Below, piece after piece: positions 1-10,640 of a stretch of DNA of 64,000 nucleotides. The stretch lies in the NCBI GenBank assembly GCA_040954595.2, contig CM082581.2, positions 682,001 through 746,000 on the forward strand. Direction: 5' to 3'. Position numbers and translations under genes: made by a program. Each line of letters begins with the position of its first letter. Position 1 is the stretch's first letter. Under the pieces are notes generated by a model that was given only the letters and a program-made list of their open reading frames with translations, did not search any database and was not told the origin of the DNA. The stretch is from Balanoglossus misakiensis (taxonomy: Eukaryota; Animalia; Hemichordata).

Positions 1-2
1 CC

Positions 3-701
3 CATTGGATCACCTGACCACAAGCCATCCCCATATTCTGCACGCAGTTCATCGATCGCTCGCTGTAGGGTCTGTTCACCAACTGGTAGGTTGAGGACTA
101 ATTTTCTGGCTTCACCGCTGAGATGACGAATGACCGTCGAAAATTTCAGCGTCTCCGGCATGGACCCAGCTACAAAAAGGTACTGAATATCTCTAATCCA
201 GTCTTCCACCAAGACTTTACCATCGGGCGCACCGCTGAATATTGGAACACCACGTACTTGATGTGAGGATGTGATTCGGTAGTCTGGATATGCCTGTGTA
301 CTTTGTGGTTGTTGGTGGGATGTAGGCATAAAATGTGCACGTCGGTGCATAGGGTGTTGTAATTGTGGATGAGCAGTATCAAATCCCCTTTGGTCCACAT
401 ATGTATTACCATACCCAGCTAGATACGTATCATTCTGTATTTGTTGTTCATTGGGATTCAAATTTCGACCAGGCGTGTTATTAGTTACAGGTCTGTATTG
501 TGTTGATGCTGCACTAGGCAACCCAATATTTTCAGCTGGGGTTAAGGGTGGTTGGGGTAACCAAGGGTCATGATAAGGCATACTGGGAACATTTTGCCCA
601 TATGATGGCAGTGGATACTGAAAATTACTTGGTTGACTCATACTAATATCAGGTCCCACTAAATCAAATGTTATCAAATCATCACCCGGCGTATTCTGCA
701 T
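3..701 (-). CDS. gag: Ty3/Gypsy Gag (capsid, PNMA-like), N-terminal part; continues past window start
   Basis: Manual translation from ATG at 701 is open to the window edge (not in the ORF track because it has no stop): MQNTPGDD...VPIFSGAPDGKVLVEDWIRDIQYL...FSTVIRHLSGEARKLVLNL...IDELRAEYGD. It lies downstream of an LTR and PBS. Confidence 0.8.
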   Translation of the reverse strand, partial: MQNTPGDDLITFDLVGPDISMSQPSNFQYPLPSYGQNVPSMPYHDPWLPQPPLTPAENIGLPSAASTQYRPVTNNTPGRNLNPNEQQIQNDTYLAGYGNTYVDQRGFDTAHPQLQHPMHRRAHFMPTSHQQPQSTQAYPDYRITSSHQVRGVPIFSGAPDGKVLVEDWIRDIQYLFVAGSMPETLKFSTVIRHLSGEARKLVLNLPVGEQTLQRAIDELRAEYGDGLWSGDPM

Positions 702-1285
702 TTTGACAAACAATAATCAAGGAACACCAGTAATTTTGCTCAGTGAAATCCAACTATAAGAAAAAAATATAGGTCTGAATATCATATACGAAAAAAATCA
801 AATACACTGTAAGAACCAGTTCAAAAAAATATAATCATACGCGAGAAACTGTAATAGCCAGTACAACCTTAATACAACAGACTGCACCTCTTCATTGCAT
901 GGTGCCAAGTGTACTGAGCTATTGTCAAATGTACGCGTATTTATACTTATACAAAAATGAAGGAAAATATAAACCACTTCTGGTAAACAAAAAAAAATAT
1001 AGTAATCACTTAAATCGTACTCAGTTTGTATCAAAAAATAAAAATACGACGTTGTATTTTTAAGTATCACAATTCTCAATTCACTCCATTGCAAATCACT
1101 ACGGTTGGAAAACGTTCAACATGAAGAGTTCAAATGTAGGAACCTAGGAACATTCTTACATGAGTAGTGACATCTCGGTTTCCTCCACCATAGTTCCAGT
1201 CTTCATGTAGAATAAAATGGACTGCTGGTAGGTCTTCATCCAACCACAGGCAAATGATTCCACTAACCGAAGACAACAAAAGGAG

Positions 1286-1304
1286 AATCCTGGTCTCGGC
1301 ACCA
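1286..1304 (-). promoter_or_regulatory. Primer-binding site, tRNA-Phe-like
   Basis: Minus strand reads TGGTGCCGAGACCAGGATT, 2 nt after the LTR end ...GGGGTCACA. It resembles the complement of the tRNA-Phe 3' end (TGGTGCCGAAACCCGGGA). Confidence 0.7.
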
Positions 1305-1306
1305 AA

Positions 1307-1969
1307 TGTGACCCCTGGTATAGGCTTGGTAATGGTGTTGTCGTTAGGGCATTGCGTTGTGTAGTTTCAAACCCATTCGCTAAGGGGACACAGCTATACA
1401 CTGACCCGACACACATTAATGTACGTTCATGACGTTTATTTCTTTGGTCAGCGGCTCCATCTGTACTTGGCTGCTCGCATTGGCCAAGTCAGCAAAGAGA
1501 GAGAAAAGAATTACAATACTCACAAAACCAAAGAAAATATACAGAGCATACTTAACAGAAAATACTACGGCGCATAAGGTGCTTTCCGAGTCCAATATTC
1601 ACACATTTGCAGCAAAAATCACTGAACATTCTCTCAAAATATTACAGATGATGGTTCTTTAAACACTAAAACATCATTATATTTCAATTATAGTGGTGGA
1701 TGGCAATGATTCAATGCTTGCATGGGCGATTTAAAAGGAAGAGAAAAATATTACCAACCTGCTCGCATTGGCCAAGTCAGCAAAGAGACCGGTTGTGTCT
1801 CTTTGCCCCTTGAGGGCGCCGTACACCTGGCCAAAGTTCGCATGCAAATACGTTTAGTATTATGCAAATACTGGACAGTCATTGGGTGAACACCACCGTC
1901 AATGAACTATCAGAAACTAAGCATTATCTTTGTATTTATATTGGAAAATCACAAAAAATCCTGGTCACA
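1307..1969 (-). mobile_element. 5' LTR (663 bp) of the Gypsy element
   Basis: Inverted termini TGTGACC...GGTCACA. Adjacent PBS. Minus-strand TATAAATA near 1940 and AATAAA at 1435-1440. Abuts the macro-repeat exactly at 1970. Confidence 0.75.
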
Positions 1970-2815
1970 AATACAAAATTGCGTTTTTTTCGTTTTTGCA
2001 CCAAAAAGGTCATTTTTAGGCATAACATTCTTTATTTTTTTAATTCGGTGACCTGATCATATATAAACAATTGCTTGTATGTTAAAAGTTTTATGACTTT
2101 TAAAAGCAGTGACACTGGCGGCATTCAACACGAAAATAACAATTTTAGCCACAATTTGGTCAAAATGGTAATTTTTTGAAAATTACAAAAAATACCTGTT
2201 TTCTACATTTTCGGAAATCTGATGGAGTATAGAATGCTCTTCGTATGTATATATCGATACAAATTCCACAAAAGACCGTCTAATTTGGCTCACTGTAGAC
2301 AAAATGGCGTTTTACCAAATTTTCCTTGAAAATGTCTTATTTTTAGAAAAAACAAATAAAAAAACCTTTGTTCTTCGAATTTGGTGCCCTGATCATATAT
2401 GACATGTTGATTGTATGTTAAAACTTTCGACCACTCCAAAAATGCAGAGATATTGACGGAATTCAAGAAAAAATAGCCATTTTGGCCATATTTTGACAAA
2501 AATGGTAATTTTTTAAAAAATCATAAAAAATTAACTCTTTTCTTCATTTTCGGAAATATTATGGAGCATGAAGTGTCGTTCTCATGTAATAAGTGCTGCA
2601 AATTCCAGAAAAGGCGGTATAATTTAAATCACCCAAGACAAAATGTGTACTTTCTTGAGGCACGTAGTAGATACAAGAAAGTAATGTTTTGTTGCCATAG
2701 AGGGCGCTATCACTAGCGGAACGTCAGTCTACACGTTGCTGGCAAGGTGACTACACGGCTAATTTTCGCGCTTCGTGTTCGGTCACTTATTTCGGCGATC
2801 TTGGTTCCCATCAAC

Positions 2816-3550
2816 ATGGAAGACCAGTCTTCAACCATTTCTGAAGCCATCCAGGCTAACAACGGGCAGTTGCTGACTTCTATTAATCAGCTTATCACTC
2901 AGAAATTACAAGTTATGAAAAACGAGCTCAGCACCGCGCAAGAAGGAACCGCGCGCGAGGTCATGGGCGAGTTCAAACGTCTGAAACACAAAGAAGCCCC
3001 GACCTTCAAAAAGCAGGCTAATGCGGACCAATATAAGCACAACGACAAGGTGTTGGACATCATCGAGGAGACCAAAACGGAGTTGGAAGCTAAAAGATAC
3101 GAAGGAGCACTAAAGAAGATTGATGAAGGTATTAATGAGATAGGACAGAGACAAAAATTGATTCTGCTGGCGGAAAATTCAGAATTTGGATGGGCAACAG
3201 CGCAGGAATATCGCTCGCATGAGTTGGCTGAGGACAGCGACGATGAGAAGCGTATTTGGAAAGCTGAGCTGAGAGCAGGCCGTCGTTCCAAAGAGCAGCG
3301 CCAAAAGAAACAGAAGTTCAGAGGTCGCGAGCGACAGGGGCAATACACAGACAACGCCGCCGTTGGTACCCAAGGGCCGTTCTTCAGAGATAGGGATGCG
3401 AAGAGAGTACGTAGCGGTCTATGCTTTGCTTGTGGAAAGCCCGGACATTTCAGACATGAATGCCGTTCCGTGGGACATTCTAACAGTACTGGGGTACTAC
3501 AAGGAGTTTTGGCGGGAACCAGCAGCGGCTCAGGAAATGGTCCGATGTGA
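2816..3550 (+). CDS. gag: Gag-like protein with CCHC zinc knuckle
   Basis: First ATG at 2816. CFACGKPGHFRHEC knuckle. DIRS/PAT-type segment RQKLILLAENSEFGWATAQEY...LAEDSDDEKRI. Confidence 0.88.
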   Translation: MEDQSSTISEAIQANNGQLLTSINQLITQKLQVMKNELSTAQEGTAREVMGEFKRLKHKEAPTFKKQANADQYKHNDKVLDIIEETKTELEAKRYEGALKKIDEGINEIGQRQKLILLAENSEFGWATAQEYRSHELAEDSDDEKRIWKAELRAGRRSKEQRQKKQKFRGRERQGQYTDNAAVGTQGPFFRDRDAKRVRSGLCFACGKPGHFRHECRSVGHSNSTGVLQGVLAGTSSGSGNGPM

Positions 3551-5731
3551 CCATTACAAGGACGACATGACACCCAGGCTGAAAAGTTAAGTATTGGCCA
3601 AAATATCAATGTTCCCTGCAATATTTCGGGCTGTAATTGCTCTTTATTGTCATGGGAGGGAGATTTCTCTGATGCAATTGGGTTTACAAAAGAAGCCTCT
3701 ATTTTAGGGGAGAGTTTTATTTGTCGTCCTCACGACGACGTCATCGTTAGGGGAGGCTTGAAGCGTCATCTTGCAAAATGGCGGGAAATTAACGCGCCAA
3801 ATTGGATTTTGGAGCTTATTGAATATGGTTACAAGTTACCTCTATTTTCATCGCCTCCTTCATCATTCGCATCAAATAATCGCTCGGCTTGTTCTAATAG
3901 TGTTTTTGTTTCTTCGGAAATCGGCAAGCTTTTGCATTCAGGGGCCATAGAGGAGGTCAATGAGGTTCCATTTGTGTGCAATCCTCTTTCAGTGGCACTA
4001 AATCATGACGGAAAGGAGCGTTTGATTTTAGATTTACGTAAGGTTAATTTGCACATCTTCAAGCAAAGTTTTCGCTGTGAAGATTTGAGTATTGCAAAAG
4101 AGTTTTTGGAACTAGGGAGTTTCATGTTTAAGTTTGACCTAAAGTCAGGTTATCACCATGTTGAAATTTTCCCAGCTCATCGCAAATTTCTGGGGTTTTC
4201 CTGGGTTTTCAACGGGACAAGAAGGTATTTTATTTTCTGTGTTCTCCCATTTGGGCTGTCTTCAGGACCATATGTTTTTACTAAGTTACTACGCCCTCTA
4301 GTAGCAAAATGGAGAGGGGAAGGTAAGGCAGTAGTTGTTTACCTAGATGACGGGCTTGGTGCTGGGAGTTCTTTGCAATCTGCCACAGTTGCATCACATG
4401 AGGTGGAACATGACTTGGTAGCATTTGGACTTGCAATTAACCAAGGTAAGAGTGTTTGGGAGCCTGTGCAAAAGCTGGAATGGCTAGGTGTAGAGATTGA
4501 CCTGGAACAAGGTAAGTTTTTCATACCCATTCGTCGTCTGCAAAGATTGCATGGTTTACTGGCCGATTTGCTGTCTAACTGTAGTTCATCAAAAAGCTTC
4601 ACTCCAGTCCACGCCAGGAAATTGGCCCAGGTAATTGGCCATGTCATTTCCACGAGAATTGGCATTGGCAATGTTGTCTTAATGATGACCAGGCATTTAA
4701 TTTTTGCATTGAATACACGTTCATCGTGGGGTAGTAGAGTAATATTAGGCATGGAAGCGATTCAGGAATTGCGGTTTTGGCATGACAACATACCAAATTT
4801 AAACGGGGTAGCCATGAGGTTTACATCCAAAGTCACAAGAGTGGTGTACTCAGACGCTTCTAGCACAGGATACGGTGGCTATGTAGTAGAGTATGGGGAT
4901 TGTGTTGCACAGGGCAACTGGTCACAGTTCGAAGCAGGTAAGAGCTCTACATGGCGTGAACTTGAAGCAGTTCATAGAATTCTTGTCAGTATTACGCACA
5001 TCATCCAGGGCCACACAGTAAAGTGGTTCACTGATAACCAAAATGTGGTGAGCATTATCGCAAAAGGCAGCATGAAGCCAGAGTTACAAAAAATAGCACT
5101 TCAGATCTACGCTTTTTGTGTAAGCAACGCAGTTTCTCTGCTACCAGAGTGGATTCCCAGATCACTGAACGAGAAAGCTGATTTTATCAGTAAAGTGGTT
5201 GACACAGATGACTGGGGGATTAGTCCAGACATTTTTAACCATCTGAACTGTCTGTGGGGTCCATTTACAGTGGACAGATTTGCTTGTTCGTATAACACAA
5301 AATGTTTACGATTTAACTCAAGGTATTGGTGTCCAAATACCGAAGCAGTTGATGCTTTTACCCAGTTGTGGGGATCTGATAATAACTGGTTATTACCACC
5401 AGTGTGCTTGATTGGTAAGGCAATGAGGTATCTGAAAGAGTGCAAGGGCAAGGGAACGATGGTGGTCCCTGTGTGGAGATCTGCCTATTATTGGCCAGCA
5501 GTGTGCCCAGATGGCCTGCACTTCAATGATGGTGTTCACGATTGGCTAGATTTGCCAAATGGGGAGAATGTTTTTCACAAGGGCAGGGGGAGAAACTCAG
5601 TCTTTGGAGGTAAAGCTCTGAGATTTAGAATCCTAGCACTAAGACTAGACTATACGACAAAAAACAGAGTACGTAAAGCAGGGTTTTGCACTGCAGCGGC
5701 CGGTGGATGCAAATTATGCAGCAATTCATAG
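3551..5731 (+). CDS. pol: RT + RNase H + DNA adenine methyltransferase-like domain; in frame with gag
   Basis: RT motifs RLILDLR, FDLKSGYHH, LPFGL, YLDD. RNase H motifs YSDAS, RELEAV, TDNQ, ADFIS. MT-like VDRFA...DAFTQLW...NWLLPP. The frame is open from 3551. Confidence 0.92.
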   Translation, partial: PLQGRHDTQAEKLSIGQNINVPCNISGCNCSLLSWEGDFSDAIGFTKEASILGESFICRPHDDVIVRGGLKRHLAKWREINAPNWILELIEYGYKLPLFSSPPSSFASNNRSACSNSVFVSSEIGKLLHSGAIEEVNEVPFVCNPLSVALNHDGKERLILDLRKVNLHIFKQSFRCEDLSIAKEFLELGSFMFKFDLKSGYHHVEIFPAHRKFLGFSWVFNGTRRYFIFCVLPFGLSSGPYVFTKLLRPLVAKWRGEGKAVVVYLDDGLGAGSSLQSATVASHEVEHDLVAFGLAINQGKSVWEPVQKLEWLGVEIDLEQGKFFIPIRRLQRLHGLLADLLSNCSSSKSFTPVHARKLAQVIGHVISTRIGIGNVVLMMTRHLIFALNTRSSWGSRVILGMEAIQELRFWHDNIPNLNGVAMRFTSKVTRVVYSDASSTGYGGYVVEYGDCVAQGNWSQFEAGKSSTWRELEAVHRILVSITHIIQGHTVKWFTDNQNVVSIIAKGSMKPELQKIALQIYAFCVSNAVSLLPEWIPRSLNEKADFISKVVDTDDWGISPDIFNHLNCLWGPFTVDRFACSYNTKCLRFNSRYWCPNTEAVDAFTQLWGSDNNWLLPPVCLIGKAMRYLKECKGKGTMVVPVWRSAYYWPAVCPDGLHFNDGVHDWLDLPNGENVFHKGRGRNSVFGGKALRFRILALRLDYTTKNRVRKAGFCTAAAGGCKLCSNS

Positions 5732-5842
5732 GCTGGCTGGCCGTTATGGCGGACTCTAGTATTAGACAAATGTTCTAATCATTGTAGTCCAAGCACGTTA
5801 TGTGCACATGGAACACTAGCATTAGCTATGTAATGACATTTA

Positions 5843-6892
5843 ATGCACTTTTTGTTTATTACAGACACTGAGGTATTCAGCACTGGAATATGGAAAGAAA
5901 TTGACAGCCTAGCACGTGATAGTCCGGAGATCAGTAGATTGGCTATGGCACTGCCAGTTTTCGCTATGGCTTCCAAAGCTGATTCAACAACCAGAGTTTA
6001 CGCAGCAGCTTTTCACCGTTGGGCAACTTTTGCCAAGAGTTTTAGCTTTCCTGTTTTTCCTGCACAGGTTGCGCATGTTTCCCTTTATTTTTCAAATTTA
6101 ATTCAGTGTGGCTTGGATAAGGGGGCAACTAAGCAATCTGTTGAAGTTGCACATTACGGTATTCGTTGGGCCCACAATTTGGCAGGGTTACCATCCCCAA
6201 CAGAGAATCCTTTTGTGCAAAATTTGGTGGCTTCAGCCTGTCGCCTCCTGGGAAAACCGGTGCAAAAGAAACGACCAGTTACGAGTAATATTTTACAAGA
6301 CATTACTTCACTGTTTAAGGACTCACGTTTGTTAAAAGATGTTAGAGACGTTTGTTTGATCCTGCTAGCATACGCAGGATTTTTTAGATATAGCAATGTT
6401 GTCAATATTAAGTTTAAGGATATTTACATTTGTTCTTCCCATGTTGTCATTTGGGTTAGCCAAAGCAAAACAGATCAGTGTAAACAGGGCAACTCAGTTC
6501 ATGTAGCTAGAACTGGGGGTCCAGCGTGTCCAGTTGCTAAGCTGGAGCAGTATCTATCCCTTTTAGGGCCTGTGACAAATCAGGATGCATTCATTTTTAG
6601 ACCACTTTTTTCATCCGGTGGCAAATGTAGTTTGGTCCACCTAAATAAGAAGTTAAGCTATACCCGTGTAAGGGAGATTGTTAGAGAGAAGTTGGGGGCT
6701 GTTGTTCCAGACGTTTCGTGTTTTGGGACACATTCTTTTAGGATTGGGGGAACAACTGCAGCAGCTCACGCTGGAGTCAGTGACCGAGAGCTTAAGAAAC
6801 ATGGTAGGTGGAAATCTGATGCTGCAAAGGATGGGTATATTCAAGACGACGTGGATAGCTTACTTAAGGTATCAAGGAGTCTGGGTATTTAA
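5843..6892 (+). CDS. Tyrosine recombinase
   Basis: Catalytic set R (GFFRYS), K (SKTDQ), HxxR (THSFRIGG), H/W (HGRWKS) and Y (DGYI) is all present. Confidence 0.93.
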   Translation: MHFLFITDTEVFSTGIWKEIDSLARDSPEISRLAMALPVFAMASKADSTTRVYAAAFHRWATFAKSFSFPVFPAQVAHVSLYFSNLIQCGLDKGATKQSVEVAHYGIRWAHNLAGLPSPTENPFVQNLVASACRLLGKPVQKKRPVTSNILQDITSLFKDSRLLKDVRDVCLILLAYAGFFRYSNVVNIKFKDIYICSSHVVIWVSQSKTDQCKQGNSVHVARTGGPACPVAKLEQYLSLLGPVTNQDAFIFRPLFSSGGKCSLVHLNKKLSYTRVREIVREKLGAVVPDVSCFGTHSFRIGGTTAAAHAGVSDRELKKHGRWKSDAAKDGYIQDDVDSLLKVSRSLGI

Positions 6893-7644
6893 AGCCGTTT
6901 CTTCTCTAATTCCCCTTCTGTTTTTGGTCTATGGAGGGTAATAAATGTGGACGGCTAGCAACGTGACCACACACTGTACATATTGTTGTGTCGTGTTTTA
7001 CTGTGGATAGTGCTAGTGAGTGTAAACAAAACGTGTACTTTCTTGAGGCACGTAGTAGATACAAGAAAGTAATGTTTTGTTGCCATAGAGGGCGCTATCA
7101 CTAGCGGAACGTCAGTCTACACGTTGCTGGCAAGGTGACTACACGGCTAATTTTTTCTTTAGAGTTGTATTATTCTATTGTTCTTAGTGGAGAGTCAGTG
7201 TGTCTGAACATCTAACGCTTTTCCAGAGTTTTTGGCCTATTAAATAGATAGGTTTTCTCTCTGGTTTTTAGTGCGAGATGTATTCAGCACTTGTTTTCGC
7301 ATTGTACTTTTGTAAAGGTTTTTACTAGCAATTACATGGTACTCTGGCTTTTTCTCTTTCACGAGTAGTAATTAACTTTCTTGTATTAAACTCAAGACTT
7401 ATGTAGGTCTATGGAGGGTAATAAATGTGGACGGCTAGCAACGTGACCACACACTGTACATATTGTTGTGCCGTGTTTTACTGTGGATAGTGCTAGTGAG
7501 TGTAAACAAAACTACCATTTTCGACTTTTTTTCGAAAAATTGTCTTTTTTACAAAATAAATAAGAATAAATTCTTTTCTTAGTTTCAAACGGGTAGAGAT
7601 ACTTTCCACACGGGTTTTCTAACATTGAATTCCCGTTCATCAAC

Positions 7645-8345
7645 TCAGATTTCCTACAGCATAAGTCGGCTAAAACCCTGACACTCTAGAGCAGAAACAG
7701 TTGCACACTGGTAACGTTGAACAAGTCGATTTTTCTACTGCCTGGCTCGGCTAAATCTCCGTCACAATATGACAGACACTAGCGTACGTTAGCAACGGTG
7801 ATCAAGTCAGATTTTCTACGGCATGGCTTGGATAAAGCCCCGGCACTCCAGAGCAGAAACACGCGTACAGAGACCACGTTGATCAAGTCTGATCTCCTAA
7901 GGCTTGGCTCGACTAAAACCCAGGCACACTATGACAGACACTAGCGTTCGTTAGCAACGTTGATCAAGTCAGATTTCCTACGGCATGGCTTGGCTAAAGC
8001 CCTGGCACTCTAGAGCAGAAACACGCGTACAGAGACCACGTTGATCTACTCACATTTCCTTCGGCCTGGCACGGCTGATGCCCCGGCACTATATATAGGA
8101 CACAGACTGGCGTAAGTTAACAACGGTAATCACGTCGGGTTTCCTACGGCCTGGCTCAGCTGAAGCCCCGGCACTCTAGAGCAGAAACATGCGTACATTG
8201 ACCACGTTGATCAAGTCAGATTTCCTACGGCGTGACTCGGCTAAAACCCCGGCACACCATGACAGACACTAGCGTTCGTTAGCAACGGTGATCAAGTCGG
8301 ATTTCCTTCGGCCTGGCTCTGCAAAAGACCCGACACTCCGGTACA
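7645..8345. repeat. ~81-bp sub-array (A/B dimer ~162 bp) in macro-repeat copy 1, ~9 monomers
   Basis: Recurrent GATCAAGTCAGATTTCCTACGGC...GGCACTCTAGAGCAGAAAC at ~81-bp spacing. Confidence 0.85.
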
Positions 8346-9536
8346 AAGACGTTGGCTAAGTCGGGCAAACCGAAGAGGGAAAGTCACAGCGGGTCAACAC
8401 TCGACATTTGTTCGGGTAGGACTGCATTATTGCCTGTCAATTTATAGAGAGAGCCCGAATTTAACCAGGGCGTTTCAGACACCGACGTTAGTTGGGGCAC
8501 GGCCTGCAGTACTGCCGGGTAAGCTGACATCGGCGTACCGCATATAATGTAGGGGGGGGGGGGGACAGAACGGTTCAATACTACATTTATTAGATATCAG
8601 CTAATTTTGGACAATCATCTAAAATCTAAATAATTTTTTCATATTTGGATATCTGATGATGTATGAAATTTCCATTATATGTAAACATGGTGCTGATTAT
8701 AAAAAATGCACTCTGAATGAGCTGATTTAATACAAAATTGCGTTTTATTCGTTTTTGCACCAAAAAGGTCATTTTTAGGCAAAACATTCTTTATTTTATT
8801 AATTCGGTGACCTGATCATATATAAACAATTGCTTGTATGTTAAAAGTTTTTATGGCTTTTAAAAGCAGTGACACTGGCGGCATTCAACACGAAAATAAC
8901 AATTTTAGCCACAATTTGGACAAAATGGTAAATTTTTGAAAATTACAAAAATACCTGTTTTCTACATTCTCGGAAATCTGATGGAGTATAGAATGCTCTT
9001 CGTATGTATATATCGATACAAATTCCACAAAAGACCGTCTAATTTGGCTCACTGCAGACAAAATTGCGTTTTACCAAATTTTCCTTGAAAATGTCATTTT
9101 TAGAAAAAAAAATAAAAAAAACCTTTGTTCTTCGAATTTGGTGCCCTGATCATATATGACATGTTGATTGTATGTTAAAACTTTCGACCACTCCAAAAAT
9201 GCAAAGATATTGACGGAATTCAAGTAAAAATAGCCATTTTGGCCATATTTTGACAAAAATGCTAAATTTTTGAAAAATCCTAAAAAATTAACTCTTTTCT
9301 TCATTTTCGGAAATGTTATGGAGCATGAAGTGTCGTTCTCTTGTAAAAAGTGCTGCAAATTCCAGAAAAGGCGGTATAATTTGAATCACCCAAGAAAAAA
9401 TTACCATTTTCGACTTTTTTTCTCTCGAAAAATTGTCTTTTTTACAAAATAAATAAGAATAAATTCTTTTCTTAGTTTCAAACGGGTAGAGATACTTTCC
9501 ACACGGGTTTTCTAACATTGAATTCCCGTTCATCAA

Positions 9537-10640
9537 CTCAGATTTCCTACAGCATAAGTCGGCTAAAACACTGACACTCTAGAGCAGAAACAGTTGCACA
9601 CTGTTAACGTTGAACAAGTCGATTTTTCTACTGCCTAGCTCGGCTAAATCTCCGTCACAATATGACAGACACTAGCGTACGTTAGCAACGGTGATCAAGT
9701 CAGATTTTCTACGGCATGGCTTGGATAAAGCCCCGGCACTCTAGAGCAGAAACACGCGTACAGAGAGCACGTTGATCAAGTCTGATCTCCTACGGCTTGG
9801 CTCGACTAAAACCCCGGCACACTATGACAGACACTAGCGTTAGTAAGCAACGTTGATCAAGTCATATTTCCTACGGCATGGCTTGGCTAAAGCCCTGGCA
9901 CTATAGACCAGAAACACGCGTACAGAGACCACGATGATCTACTCACATTTCCTTCGGCCTGGCACGGCTGATGCCCCGGCACTACATATAGGACACAGAC
10001 TGGCGTAAGTTAACGGTAATCACGTCGGGTTTCCTACGGCCTGGCTCAGCTGAAGCCCCGGCACTCTAGAGCAGAAACAGGCGTACATTGACCACGTTGA
10101 TCAAGTCAGATTTCCTACGGCGTGACTCGGCTGGTGCACCGGCTCTATATGACACAGACTGGCGTAAGTTATCAACGGTGATTACGTCGGATTTCCTACG
10201 GCCTGGTTTAGCTGAAGCCCCTGCACTCTAGAGCAGAAACAGGCGTACATTGACCACGTTGATCAAGTCAGATTTCCTACGGCGTGACTCGGCTGGTGCA
10301 CCGGCTCTATATGACACAGACTGGCGGAAGTTATCAACGGTGATTACGTCGGATTTCCTACGGCCTGGTTTAGCTGAAGCCCCGGCACTTTAGAGCGGAA
10401 ACACGCGTACATTGACCACGATGATCAAGTCAGATCTCCTACGGCCTGGCTCGACTAAAACCCCGGCACACCATGACAGACACTAGCGTTCGTTAGCAAC
10501 GTTGATCAAGTCGGAATTCCTTAGGCCTGGCTCTGCAAAAGACCCGACACTCTAGAGCAGAAACACGCGTACAGAGACCACGTTGATCTACTCGGATTTC
10601 CTTCGGCCTGGCTCTGCAAAAGACCCGACACTCTAGTACA
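9537..10640. repeat. ~81-bp sub-array in macro-repeat copy 2, ~14 monomers
   Basis: Same monomers as copy 1. The 403-bp unit-length difference between copies equals about 5 extra monomers. Confidence 0.85.

Larger units (their letters stand above)
2645..7512 (+). mobile_element. Tyrosine-recombinase retrotransposon (DIRS order, PAT-like) with split direct repeats, apparently full length
   Basis: Repeats A1 2645-2766 = A2 7033-7154 and B1 6926-7032 = B2 7406-7512 (1 mismatch seen), in the order A1-ORFs-B1-A2-B2. Has gag, RT/RNaseH/MTase and YR ORFs. No TSD. The empty site is visible in the next macro-repeat copy (~9390-9412). Confidence 0.93.

Noticed and set aside
2899-3621. 240-aa antisense ORF over gag, and other antisense ORFs in pol genes
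   Set aside because: Shadow frames of real coding sequence, with no motifs.
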